63,964 nt of DNA, filler included, from Kipferlia bialata (GCA_003568945.1; 3 parts of 3 records of this genome joined end to end with filler, not necessarily neighbours in it); one strand, 5' to 3'; counted from the whole stretch's first letter, positions 28,070-41,850 are shown. Notes: generated from the letters alone by a model not told the origin. Numbers and translations: made by a program.

Positions 28070-29033
28070 ATGTACTTTGAATGTTCCATCTGTGGAGAAG
28101 GTGAGTGAGCAGTGCAATTATGGAGTCATTACTGAGGTGGAATATGCTATAGAAGTTCTGCTCTGGTTGATAGTATTAGTGAATATCTCTCTACCACTAC
28201 CACTGCAGTCACGTGTCCATATCTGCTGTGGTCCTATCTGCCGTACGGCCCCTATCTCTACATGCTCATTTGTGGCACACTAGATGTATTTCCTCTCTGC
28301 ATTTTTGACACATCTACACTCAAATCCCAGTGGATCCTAGCCTCCCAGCCGTGGTCACCCCCTGTGGCCACCTGTTCCACGAGGCATGTCTCACCCAGTG
28401 GCTCCACACAGATGTGCCTCACTACACCCGCACGCAGGCCGAGTGTCCCATGTGCAGGAGTACGTGCACCCTCACACAGTGCATCAAGATCATGGGGCAG
28501 GTAAGTGGTAGTATCCGAGATAACAGATAGCATGTATTCCTATCTCTAGCACAATGAGGTACCAACACCTATCCCAGGGAGGTTTTGATGGGGCAGCTCT
28601 GCCTATTGGGTATGGACTAGGAATGGGCGGAAGTTATGAGGACTCTTATAGTGAGACAACGTCAGAAGAGGGAGACTCGACAGGTATTCGCACCATCAGA
28701 TATCCATCAGGCACCGTGTATGTTGGCGAAACAACACGATACGGCACAAAGCACGGCCAGGGAACACACAGATATCCCAATGGCACTGTTTATACTGGTG
28801 AGTGGAGGGATGGGTCTAGGCACGGCCATGGCTTAATGGCACACGCCGATGGTTCATCCTATGCTGGAGAGTGGAGAGACCACCAGTGGGACGGCCAGGG
28901 CACATACACATACCCCGATGGCGGTACATACTCTGGCGGGTGGAAAGAGGGAAAGGAACACGGCTATGGCCGACGCACCCATGCCGATGGCTCTGTCGAA
29001 GAAGGAGAGTGGAGACACGGACACTTGGAGTAA
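28070..29033 (+). CDS. RING-H2 zinc finger + MORN repeat protein (3 exons)
   Basis: Exon 1 MYFECSICGE (28070-28100, gtgagt donor). Exon 2 VDPSLPAVVTPCGHLFHEACLTQWL...ECPMCR completes a C3H2C3 RING. Exon 3 has about five MORN repeats (YxGEWRDGSRHGHG, YAGEWRDHQWDGQGTYTYPDG). Confidence 0.88.
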
Positions 29034-29858
29034 TACTCCCTACAGACGTTTTGGTAGGGCGGGGATACTCTAAGAGGATCCCTCTTCAATAGAGAGGGAT
29101 CCTCTAGGAACATGCCATATGAGATAGTTCTAACGTTTGACCTATAAATAGGCTATGAATATATGTCTAGGCTCAGGGTACTAGAGTAAGTACACACGGG
29201 ATAACAGAGCGCATCAGCGTTGGGCTTTGTTATTCACATACTACTCTTATGTAGTATACCACGATACCATGGCAAAACACGAGGCAATACCCAAAAGAAA
29301 TATGGCCATTGTAGGTTGCATTGTACCTAACAATGCATCATCAATATCACAGGACATGACACGGATGCAGGGAGGGGCAAGCAACCATTGTGTATCGCAT
29401 ACTCAGTATGCCATACTGTTTACCACCACACCCACTGACTCAGTGACGAGCCTCGGCACTGACGAGACTATTTGAGAATACCTTTTACCATCACCCAAAA
29501 TAGGCCCATATGTCTCTGGATTCATAACTACATCACTTGCCTTCCTCTCTATCTTCTGTTCTGAGGTATCACATACAAGACTTCCATGGATGTCAGAATG
29601 ATCACTTAACATGGCTTTCAAGACTGTGTGAATACATTATCAGTTCTGATGTACCTGCTACTTAGCCGACTGGAGGAGGACAGGGTTTCCTGGACCACTG
29701 TAGAGTGTAGAAGAATTCGTAATGTAAATCACGAATTTCCGTCTATTGACAACAACCCCTTCGCAAAAAATCAAGTAAGATCAAGAAATCTTGGCTATTG
29801 GGGGTCTAGGTAACTCATCTCCCCTCACTACAGCAATGACAAGTCAACATGACATGTC

Positions 29859-32800
29859 ATGTCAGGGAGCAATGCCACGGTGTGGCTCCGTTCCGTCTCT
29901 TCACCCTCTGTGATGCCGGCCATTGCTGATAAGGCCTTCGGTAAGGCCCGTGAATTGGCGGCTGGCGTGACGTTTGCAATTGCAGTGGCCCTTGCTGGAG
30001 ACGGCGCCATCCCCCTCAACCGTTCTGTGATACCATTCGCTGTCAGGGTGTCCAAGGCCATGGCGGATGCCGGCCTGCCTGCCCCTGTGAAGGGCCTGGC
30101 CAAGAAGATCCACGCCTGTCTGCAGGGCAAGGCGGAGATGGTGGATGCGGTGTTTGATGTGATTGAGAGGAAGACGAGGAGGAGGGTGGATGGCGCGCTG
30201 GCCAGGGCCCAGCTGGAGGAGATCCTTAGGCCCCACATGTCAGAGATATCAGAGGTATGGCAAGTGGCACAGTGTGTATGGCTGGGCTTAGAGATAGAGG
30301 GGGAGCTGGATATAGAGCTGCATACCTGTGTGTATACTCATGTCACCCTCATCAGTATCCGGTACAGTGTCTCTCTCTATGTATCTCAACCCTGCAACTT
30401 CATGGTGAGCTGATATCCTATATGTTACTCTCTCACTCTTGAGTTACACTGTGGATATGCGTATCCCCTCTCATCCCCCCCCCCCCCCCCCCCCCCTCGC
30501 TCTTTCTTTTTTTCTTCCTCCCCCCCCCCCCCCCCCCCCCCTCTTTCCTCTCACTCCAGCGCCCTTCTCGCTGCCATCCGGGTGCTCTACTGTGCACTTC
30601 CAAAGGGAACTAGGTGAGATACAGGCAGTATATACCTCCCAACCCTATTCACACCCAAGTAGTATGTGGTGATCATGAGTATGTCTCAGGTATCAGCTGA
30701 TGTCATTTATACTAACCCCCAGGCAGTATGTGGTGACCTCTGCCGGTGACCCCCTGTCCACACACACTGTAGAGGCCACTGGGCTGTTGGCCAGTGCTGC
30801 TGTGACACCTGTGCCCTCGGTGTCACATATGGGTGTCACACCTAGTACCAGCACACCTGCACCAGGTCATATATATGTTCATTACCTGGTAGTATAGATT
30901 CTTCGTCATTCCCAGTTGCAGTCTGCTAGTACCATGTCTGTTTCCCACCCCAGGCACCACCCTGATTGACCTGATATATATCACTGACCGGAAACATATA
31001 CCGATAGTATTTATTATTTGCCATTCCCGGTTCTATTCTCTTCCGTTTTCTCACCCCAGGCACCACCCTGATTGACCTCTCCCATGACCTGGCTGTCGTG
31101 GCCTTTGTGTCTGTATCATGCAGAGACGGGGCATCGGAGGCAGCATACATTAGGGTGGGGATATCCATTACACTAACACTATACTAGTATTGCCCATATT
31201 ACTGTACTATTGTTGTATTGTCCTGTCCTGTTATTTGGCCTTGTCCCGTATCTCTGACCCCAGGACCTGGCCCAGCTGATGAATGCCTTTGATGCCGCCC
31301 TGACCATGGCCAATGGCACACTCGAGAAGATAAAGGGGACTCAGGTATGGGGAGTAACGATATGATCAATAATGTGGTAATCATTATTGACAATGTGTAT
31401 GGTACAGATTCAAGAATCATCCTACAGTTGGATCAGCATTATACTACATAGTGCTATATCTCTAACACTCAGGAGAGCATCATCCTCAAGTACCCGTACA
31501 GCGGGGAGACCCAGGCCCAGGCAGCCTGTCGCTATGTTGTCTGCTCATGTCTGCATGCCCAGTTCAGTGTGAGGGGGCTCAGAGGGTTCGGCATACCCCT
31601 CGACACAATAGCAGGTATATGTGTATATTAATATATATTAATATTTATATATATATATATACATATATAAATATATTTATATGTATATAATTCAGTTGAC
31701 ACACTTTTCAGCTGTACAGTAGTAAGTATACGCTTTGTGGTGTTATATGTGATGTTATACTTGTCGTCTCTCCTCTACCCTGACCCCTCAGGTGCGTGTC
31801 GGTGTGTACTGTGGGCTTGTATACATATCCCCATAATCTGCATCTTGTAAGTATAGCCGACGTTCTGTTCCATTGGTTCTCTTTCTGACCATTAGGTGTG
31901 CGTGTTGGTGTGTGCTGTGGCCCTGTCACAGGGGGTGTCCTGGGGTCTAAGGAGCTCATGTATGACGTGTTTGGAGACACAGTCAACACAGCCGCTAGGT
32001 ATATATCATATGTATGTCTCTGTACAATGTACTATATCTTAAACCCTCATTCTGTCTGTGGTTGTGGTCGTATACTTGAAGGTTACTAACCCCCAGGCTG
32101 ATGCAGAATGCAAGCCATCTATACATTTGTGTTATTTTACCGCTACTACATATATTAGTGTTGTTATAACACTGCGCATACCCTGTCCTACCCCCAGGCT
32201 GATGCAGAATCTATATTGTATTGTATATATATATATATGTATGTATGATTATATATATATTTTGTATTTACTATGTAATTCTATTCTTACCCCCAGGCTG
32301 ATGCAGAATGCGGGTGTGTGGGACTGCCTTGTGACTGAGACTGTGGCACAGGGGGCAATTACAGAGGGAGAGTACAAGCACCCGGCATTTGCTCCACACA
32401 GCTTGGAGGTGAGATTGTTTCTGCATACCTTCATGACTTATTGGCATTAAGTATTATAACTACTCTAATAGTATAATTCTCGTGATCTTACCCCCAGCTA
32501 GTACAGTCCGACCCCTTCAGTGTTGCACTCAAGGGCAAGGGGGACTTCCCTGTACGGAGGATGTGTCTCAACAGGCACTCCCTGCAGATGGTAGAGACAC
32601 ATAGCACTAGCTACCTGATGGAGTTTGTGGGGGACGGGTCCCTCACACAACGGTGGGCAGACAAGGTGTGTAGTGACTACTGTTGATTCTATATATGGAA
32701 CTCAGTTAGTGTGAATGCTCACTCTCAGCTCCTCGACAGTTCGATGGACCTTGGTTCAGTTACGGGATCCACTCCCTTGGAGATATCCCTACACCCTTCC

Positions 32801-35800
32801 GATACACCAAAGATCCCCGACCCTGCTGAGACTATACCACAGGAGGTGTGTTCTCTCATATATATGTGGTTATCATTATCTCTCTTCTCTCTTCCTCCTT
32901 CCCCCTTACTCCTCAGGGTTCCTGTGAGTCTGTAGCTGCCATTCTCAAGCAGCCCTGGGACGTCATTAGAGCTAGGTACATATAATTACCTATCCTACGG
33001 GCTTGTGTCCCTATGACCTTGCTTATTTCATAGCTTGATTCTCTTCTTATCAATGTATGTGTTTCCCACTCCAGTTTCCAGGCCTCCTCCGCCGTCCCCC
33101 GCTCTAGGAGTGACCTCCGCTCCCTGGCCGTTGCCTTCAGGTATACATTCTGTCATACAGGATTATATATATATATATATATAAGTATTATTGTTATTAT
33201 TATAACCCTCTCATGCCTTCAGTAGACAGTGTAGCAGGGCAGGCACCAGAGAGCACTCTGAGGGGCACGGGGGTATCCACATCCTGTCACGCACAGCCTC
33301 CACCCCCTACTCCCTACACGATGTGAGTGCGATGCTGGAGGGCTCGGGTGGCACCCCCCGTGCTAGCTACATGGCTGACGACTTCTCCTTCTCCGGCACT
33401 GATCTGACTGACATGGGGGATATAGACGAGGGGACAGACAACATGAGTGAGACTGACAGCTATGTGACTGAGAAGGAGTGTGCATGCACTGCGAGTGAGG
33501 GAGTGTCAGACGCCGGTGTCGCCTCCACCCCTGACCCCTCCTGTCCCACATCCATCATGCCATCAGGGACACGCCTCACCATTGACACCACACCTGAGGA
33601 TGCCTCTACTGAGACATCTGATAGTGCTGGTAGGGACTGGACAGACAAGGCCTCCTCATCTAGTCTGTCAGTGATTGACAGAGGCCTAGTGGATGCCCTT
33701 GAGACCCTGTTCCACTGTGTACCTGAGGGGTCCCCCCTCTATCAGCTTAGTGATAGACTGAGGGAGGCCACCTGCGGCAATACGGTGTCCAACATACCTG
33801 GAGTGGCACCGATAGAGGGGGAGAGAGAGAGAGGGTCTAGCCCGACAAGGAGGGCGAAGCGTAGGAGAATCAGGCGGCATGAGAGACTAGTGAGTAGGCT
33901 GACTGTCCTTACCAAGTGGGAGACACTGGTACTGGTCATGAGGGCGATGCCACAGGTATGCGCCATAGTATGTTACCGTATTTTCCTGTATTTACTCTGT
34001 CGTCCATATATCATAGTATACATCATATAGATATGGATGTGTTGGTCTCCATTATACGAGACTTCCCAATCCTAACCTCACCCCCAGGCCCTCCGCCTCT
34101 CCCTCAACCACCAATACCGCACCAACAGCTTTGTCATCATGGACGCTATGCAGAAGGTCAGTATCATTATAGTTATATATATATATATATATATACTGAT
34201 GCTGATTCTATTTCACTCGGATAGTGGTCATGGTATTGTACCACCGTATATATACGTATATATATTTGACCCCAGGTCAAGGCCCAGTTCCTCACCCTGA
34301 TAGTGGTCATGGTGCTACAGTTGGGGGTCTGTGGCTATGCTGCCCATGACGTGTGGTCAAAGTGAGTGTCTACAGATAATAGTATCATGCTACATAAGTG
34401 AGTGTATATTGCCTACAGTGAAGCGTAATAGTTCTTGGCATGTGTGATACTCACCCTTTTAGTGCATGGCGTGTGGGTAAATGAGTATCTAGAGCTAATT
34501 GTATCATACACCTCCTGTCACCTAATACTTACCCCTCAGCCTTACACGGTATGCCACTGATGACCTCATCGATGCCATCTCTCCAGTGATACCTGCCCTC
34601 AGAGCTGCGGTGGCTTGTCAGATGGGCATATGCGCGGTACGTCCGTCGTTATCTATCTATCTATATATATATATACATATATATATATACATATAGTATC
34701 TATATATGTATTCGGCATATGCGCAGTACGGACACACTCATATATAACGAGTATGTTCACTCTACCATTTAGTATGAGTACTAATACCCAGATCCGTCTT
34801 GTCCTCCTAGTCTTCACCCACCTCATTGGGTCCCGTCTGTACGTGTCCGTCATCCACAGGTATACATATTAGCATCTGCTTGGTACCAGACTCATCGATA
34901 CATATAACATGTCGCCCACTACGTCTCTACCAACACACACCTCCCTATCTTCTTCTTATAATTCAGATCAATAGCACCCGATTCTTCCCATCGCAACACG
35001 GAGTACAGGGTGGGTGCCTTCCATGTGTTCCACTGGTTGAAGCCAGACTATTTTCTCTACCTGTCTATCTAGCAGCACTACTGTCTCTACCTGTCTATTT
35101 CCTCACTGCAGTCCCGATACCGCTCTTTGGAGCGCGTCAGCATCTGGATGCAGTATGTGTGTGCAGTTGCTGTGGCCACCACTGTGTGGATAGGCAGTGC
35201 CCTGTACCGGTCTGGGGGTGACCTGATGGAGGGGAGCATGACGCTGCAGACATTATGGGCCAATAACTGGGTATGTATATATATATATATATCGTATCTA
35301 AGTGTGTGTAGTTTTATCATCACGTTCCCCCTTCCTCTCACCCCCCAGATGTCGATGTACCTCTTCCTCTGCGAGTGCTTCATCAGCCTGTTCAGCCTCA
35401 GTCCTGTCAACAGTGTGCCCACCCTCTTCTGGTGCATCCTCCTCTTCCTACCCTCCAGCATGGCCATCGGCAACATCAGCCCAGAGGTCGGCATCCTCTT
35501 CTCCGTCTGCGTGCTCCTCTGTCTCTTTGGTGTCCTACAGGCCGTGATGCAGATCACCTCCTTCGTGCTTGGTACTCGCTTTGTGACAGAGACTGTGGCT
35601 GCGAGGGTGCTAGTCTCCAGGGTGGCCAGTGGGAGGTACTTCAACAGACTATTAACCCCACAGATGGCACAGGTCACGGCCTGGCTCAGACCCCCCATGA
35701 GTCCCAAGAGAACACAGGCCATAGTGCAGTTCATGAGGCAGTCCGAGTGGGGGCCGGAGCTGGAGAACTCAGTCATCCTGTCCATGTTCTACAACATGAC

Positions 35801-36965
35801 GACACAGGACGCAGAGGCTGACAGAGAGGCCGCTGCAGAGTCAGAGGGGGTGTCCCCAGGGTGTGTCAGTGGACCTACCTGTGAGGCCGGTACCCATGAG
35901 TTTATAGCGGGGCTCTACTCCAAGCTGGGGTCGGGATCAGCTGAGGAAGAGGGAGAGGGAGAGGGAGAGGGAGAGGGTGATGGTGTGTCCACACCTTTCA
36001 GTGATAGGTGTGATACTGCAGCGCTGGAGGCTGGTACTGCACTTGCATGTGCCCCTCTTGTGCCCCTAGCCACACCCCAGGAGCTGAGCATTCTACAGGA
36101 GAGTGGCACAGAGGTGAGATCCCATCCTCCTAAATTTCTGTATTCCCACATCATTCTCTTTAACACCTTCTCTCCGTATTCACATGTCACTGACGCCTCA
36201 ATTCTTCCCGCTCATATGTATGTGCTTGTCTCGCATTCTCTCTCCCTCTAAATACTTGCGACTGACATTCAGTTCTTCCCCCTGATGGTCTATGCCAAGC
36301 TGGACATTGTAGGGTTCACCAAGGTACGGGTCCTGAAGTTCCAACTCATATACATCCATGTTATCTTGCCTATTGTTGTTGTTTCCCTCACCCCTTATCA
36401 TAAGATGATCTATTTGTGTTGTTCTCCCTCACCCCAGTACTGCTCTGTCAATGGGAGTGACATTGTGGGTCTCCTCAATGTCCTCTTCATGGCCTGGGAC
36501 GGGATAGTGGACCAGTATGCAGCGGATGGTGTCACAAAGGTATGTACACACACATACTATATGTATATAAATGTATGTATATAATGTATGCCCTCTCACT
36601 CCTAGGTCAAGACCATCGGTGATGCCTACGAGCTTCTGACACTCTCCCTCCCACCCCTCTTTCCATATATATATATACATATATGCAGTTACATACATTC
36701 CCTAATCGTCAGGTCAAGACCATCGGGGATGCGTATGAGGTCGTGAGGCCCTTCACTGCGAGGGAGCTGTCCCACACCACAGTGGACTCACTCTCAAAGG
36801 GGGTGGCAGCACTGGTGCAGGTATATATAATCATCATAGCATACTCATAGTATAACCCCTCTCTCGAGCAAAGATGACATGTTTGAGTCCTGACCTATTC
36901 TCTCTCTCCCCCCCCCCCCACCCCAGGCCGTGCATGCCATGGTTGCATTATACACACACACACGC

Positions 36966-36999
<34 letters not shown>

Positions 37000-37841
37000 G
37001 CTGACGACTGTAATCACCTAACCCAGGCTGTGCATGCCATGGTTGCATGTTCCATCGAGGTGTTTGACTCAGCCGATGCCGGACTCAGTGTGAGGGCAGG
37101 GGTCGGGCTGGGGCCTGGCTTTGCAGCTGTGCTAGGCGGGTACAGAGTGTGCTACGAGATATTTGGGCAGGCGCCAACCAGAGCTAGGTACGACTCTATG
37201 TATGTGTGTATCTAGTGAGTACTCTGTATTAGTGCTGGAGGTGGTACCCTAACCCCCCAGAGTGCTTGAGGGACTGGCCCCTGTGGGTAAGGTGGCCGTG
37301 GGTACACACGCACACGCTCTGCTGGCAGGAAACGGGGTACGTAATGACTGTAGACGAATAGGGATTGACTTCCTTAGATATTTAGTATCTACATTGTAAT
37401 ACTTGTGTGTCTCCATTTTCCTCTGACCATCAGCGTTTCACCTGGGATGGCACCGTTGAGTGCCCGGTATCCTCCCCCTGCCTACCAGAGACCTCAGATA
37501 CTGAGTCCCCCTCTACTGCACCTGTCTCAGAGTATGCGGCATGGGCGTCTGAGTACCAGTCTGTCCTGGCAGAGACTGTGTCTCTGTCCTGCACCCCTGT
37601 CCCCCCTACACCTCCTGCCCCACAGACCAGGGAGAGGGGGGGTATGTGTGACACAGGCAGTGCTTGTGGGGCACCCTTATGTGGGGAGCGGGCCTCCATG
37701 CACGCAGTGCGGCATAGTGTACCTGCTGTTCCCACACCTGTGTACAGTCCCTCCCCCTCCACCCCTCTCCACACCCACGTGTCAGAGGCCACTGCCAAGA
37801 GTATGGGTATGGTGCAGGGGGTAGTGCTAAAGGGGTGCTAG
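29859..37841 (+). CDS. Large multi-exon membrane class III nucleotide (adenylyl) cyclase with two catalytic domains
   Basis: Domain 1: LMNAFDAAL...LEKIK; VRVGVCCGPVTGGVLGSKELMYDVFGDTVNTAARLMQ; LKGKG. TM block ~34300-35560. Domain 2: KLDIVGFTK; IVGLLNVLFMAWDGIV; VKTIGDAYEV; VRAGVGLGPGFAAVLGGYRVCYEIFG. Splicing of the 5' exons (29859-30620) is unresolved. Confidence 0.85.
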
Positions 37842-38295
37842 GAGGGTGTGTTAGGGTTGCTGTGGTGTTGGAAGTGAGAGGTGTTCTTTCGTATCGTGTA
37901 TTATACAATAACTAGAAGCGTTCATTCGACCATCTATTAAATAGAGTGCGGTCTTCAGGTCAACTGTGGTCAGTTTTAGCTGTCAATGCAATGGGTATGT
38001 ATGTTACCGGAGCCAGTTGTGTGCTTTCAAGTACGTACAGTACAGTTTGTACACAAACATCAGTTGTACAAGGGAATGGGATGCACTTTGACAGGGCTTG
38101 GGTACCAATATGAATTACAAGTGTCTATTGTCGTCTTGGGAATATGAGGGTGACTCAAACTTCTTAGTGCACTACTGGGATGTAAAGAGGGAGTGTTGAA
38201 CATTGGTCGAATAGTATGTAGGAACATTTCGTTGAGTCTCTAGGGTCATGGAACACACTGTTGGATATAGGAGTGTAGTCACATGTCAAGTGGCA

Positions 38296-40294
38296 CTAGA
38301 ACTCGAGCTTGTGGTGCTCCATCACCGCATCCATGTACTTTGGCACCCCTACCCCAGAGCATGTACCAACCTGGACCCCCTTGATGAGGCCCTGCTTCAC
38401 TCCACCCCTCACGAAGCACATGACCAGGGACTGCACGTTGGGATGTGCCTCACTTACCAGTGTTGTGTGGCGTGTACAGAGATCCTTCACCCTCTCGTCA
38501 CCTGTCTGACTCTGGCTAGCCACCTGGCTGTCGGTATGCAGCACTACCAGCCCATATGTGAGGCTCCCTCCTCCTATCTCTCCCTCTTCCCCACCCCTAA
38601 AGGCCACTGGTACCACGTCATCCCCCACCTCCTCCCCCTCCCCTCTGAACATATTGCGACCAATGGACATCAGTCCCACACTTGCCACATCACTGTAGAA
38701 GGGGTCTGTGATCGTCACACCGCTTGGGCCAAGAGACCACCCCTCTAGGCCCCCTCCCTCACTGTCGCATGCAAGCCGTGGTAGGTAGGCATGGGTGTAG
38801 GCGTCAGGTACCTGATCAGTGGCTGCCTGTTGGTGAGCGCAGTAGTCTCAGTGACTATCTCGTTTTTCAGTGCTGTGAATCACGGCCTGTGATGGAACCA
38901 ACCATTTGGAACTGCTACTATTTACTGATGGAATTGCACCTCAAATAGAATTGATACCCTATTATTAGCAATTTAAGCATAGAGCCTCTTTGACTATTGA
39001 TATACCTTGATATACGGCTCGGGGTACATCATGTGGCGCAGCATGTTTCTAGAGGTCAGTCTAACAGTAGGAGGATGCAGTGCTGCTGATTCAAAACAGT
39101 TGTCACTCCTAGTTGTCTGACACATTATGTGTCAGACTACTATATGTGTCACACAAATAGTTGCAAAGACGTTACCTGATCCCAACATGGAATGGCACAC
39201 AGAAGGTCTCCTCTCCCCAGTAGTCCTCAGCTGGCACTCTCTCCATGGTAGAAGAGGACCAGATAGGTACCTCATAAACATCTTTTGTAATGGTGCTGGT
39301 GTGTGTGGCCTGGATGAGGGAGTGGCCCACTAGGTCTTGTCCCAACCAGGGAGAGGGCAGGGCAGCACTCTCTCCCCCATATGGGCCCAGAGCCTCAGTA
39401 GTGACCATGTATCTGAGTATGAGTAACATTACTACGTTGTCCAGCATATTCCTTTCGGTTACATAGTTTATGTGGCAATAGTATTGTGGAGAATCCATTA
39501 TACACCCAGTACTGTAAGCGTTTGACATACCAACACCAATCCTACCTTGAAGTCACAAGTGTGTGGCCAAGTGTCTGTATGTGCTTTGGGAGCGAGAGAG
39601 CCACCCTGTGTGCAAGGGGGTCATCTCCAAGTGGTGGCATCCCAACAGCCACTGCACTCTCGATACTCATCCTTTTCCCACTATCTAGCTCCACCCCAAG
39701 TCCCCACTTGCCCCTCACAATAGGTATGTCACCTGTTGACAGTGTTGCGTACTGCTTTGCGAGACGTATCGTCCCTGGGTAGTAGTCAAGAGCATAGTCA
39801 GCCCATGTGAGCCGAAGCTGCTCATATTGGGATCTCCTGTTGTTGTCAGGCATAGCACCTGGTCGCACGAGCATGTGAAAGGTAGCGGCCTTAGCGAGGT
39901 CTGGGCCACTTTGGTGGCGTCGCTGCAGCCACTCTTGGCACACGTATCTAATGAGGGGCAGGGTGCCCTCCTGAGAGTCTGTCAGTGTGGCTGTGTGGCT
40001 CTGATAGAGAGTCAGCCACAGTCCCCTAGCGGTAAAGGGGGGAGGGACTCCATCGAAGGAGAGTGGCTTCTGGAACCGGTACCAAAGGACCGAAAGTGGA
40101 GGGGGGGTCTCATGCCCAACGTTTTGCAATAGTGAGACGAAACTACGGTCCGTGTCCTGAGGTATCCTGTCAAACAAGTCTACGAGTGACAGAGGGGCAT
40201 GCAAAAGGCATGAGCTGCAACAGCTGGACTGGATTGCTGCCCTTACAGCCGCCACGTTCTGACATAGGTACTCACGACGTCTAATTGTGTGCAT
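38296..40294 (-). CDS. Hypothetical multi-exon protein, possibly the 3' part of a degenerate Crinkler-like gene
   Basis: ORF segments 39542-40294, 39172-39410 and 38296-38810 are bounded by GT/AG sites and join plausibly. Confidence 0.45.
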
Positions 40295-40581
40295 GTCAAC
40301 GACGGAAGCAAGGTTAAGAAACCACCAGAACCGGTCTGGTGCGTGAGCTAACGAGACAGACTAATATGTGTACTGTACACATAATGTGCACATTTAGAGG
40401 CATAATACGTCATGACACTGTACTGAATAAGTAGTACTTAGTAAGTACTACTTACAAAGTGCAACTTCGTATACACTATATACATGTCGTGTAACACGAC
40501 TCGTGTTATACAAGTTGTAGATGGATAGTTAACACAACTCTTGAGTATGTTCCACTCTCCAGCTAACAACGGGTGCCACAA

Positions 40582-41850
40582 CTAAAGTATTTCTTTTAAA
40601 GTGCATAATACCGGTATACCTTGCCTGGTACTTGCATCCTTGATACATGAAATACTTTGGTAGACTATGGCTTCGGCACGAAACGATGTCTGGTCGCTGG
40701 TTACAGATCTGGGGTGGAAGAGTCTCACACACGTCAGTATCTGGCTTCTTGTGTTGCGCAGTGACTCCATGATGTCATTATGGCCCTCCAGCAGTCGAGC
40801 ACTCACTACCTCAAGGTCCCTAAGCGAAGTGACGTCCTTGCATACCTCATGGAATAGAGTGACTAGGGGGAGAGCAGTAAGCCCGTATGGTTGTAGGACG
40901 GATCTCCACTTTCCTGGGTACCAGGCGTCCCCACGGATGTTGCAGTATGCGTATAGTAGTGTGCCAAATCCTGCAAACGCCTTGGTGATTGGGTCTGAAG
41001 CATCCACATCCTCTGTTGCTAGAGGGCATATGTAGATAGGGATCGGCATCTGCCCCATGTCACCAGAGGAGGATACCCCCCTAACCCTCTGATCCAACAT
41101 GTACAGCACTGACCCTAGGGCTAGGGTGGTGTGACCCATGCCGAGAGAGCCTGTGTGTTACACTGTAGCACTAAGACCGGTATAGGATGCCAATAGGAGT
41201 AGCAGGTACCAGATTCTCGCCATCTTATCCCAAATATTGCCTCGAATACCTCTATAGAAGTGACTGTAGCCCCAGTGTATGGGGCGGAGGCGAAAGGAAT
41301 CACGAAGGTGACTCAGACAGGTTGTGGGGTCATCAAAGAGACCCCTAGCTGCTTCTAATAGTGTCTGTGGATTAGATATACTACTGTAGTATAATGCTAC
41401 ACAGAATTAGTATATATCAGTATGTCCTGCAGACTCTGTAATGTATATTCGATAATAAATGAAATGTATATGATAAGAAATATGGGGATATGAGATGAGA
41501 AACCCTGTGTGAAACAGGGAGTGCTAGTTCCATTTCATATGGAGTCCATATGATACTAGACAGACCAGTGTTCTCACAAACACAATACACAAATACCCTG
41601 ATACTATATAGTACCATATATCAATATAATATATAGTATAGTATACTATTTACAATATACTCTCTGTCACCTCAGGCACTGTGTGAACTGCAGTCTCCTC
41701 AGTCAGAGGAGGCAGGGCTTCCAGGGCTGCGTGCAACCCGTCCACCAGTGTTGTGTTGAGTGCTGTGAAATGGTCACTCTCTCTCATGAACATAGCCCGC
41801 AGTGATTCCTGTGTCAATTGATGGTACTCTGGTAACAAGTCGGCTGTCAC
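40582..41850 (-). pseudogene. Hypothetical or degenerate P-loop-like coding segment
   Basis: HPIPVLVLQ followed, after a frame change or short intron, by GSLGMGHTTLAL (Walker A-like with Lys replaced by His). Upstream coding-like exon DLLPEYHQLTQESLRAMF. Confidence 0.35.

Noticed and set aside
40529..40732. RPDIV motif suggesting an R2-type retrotransposon endonuclease
   Set aside because: Isolated 5-residue match with no reverse transcriptase or CCHC motif nearby.
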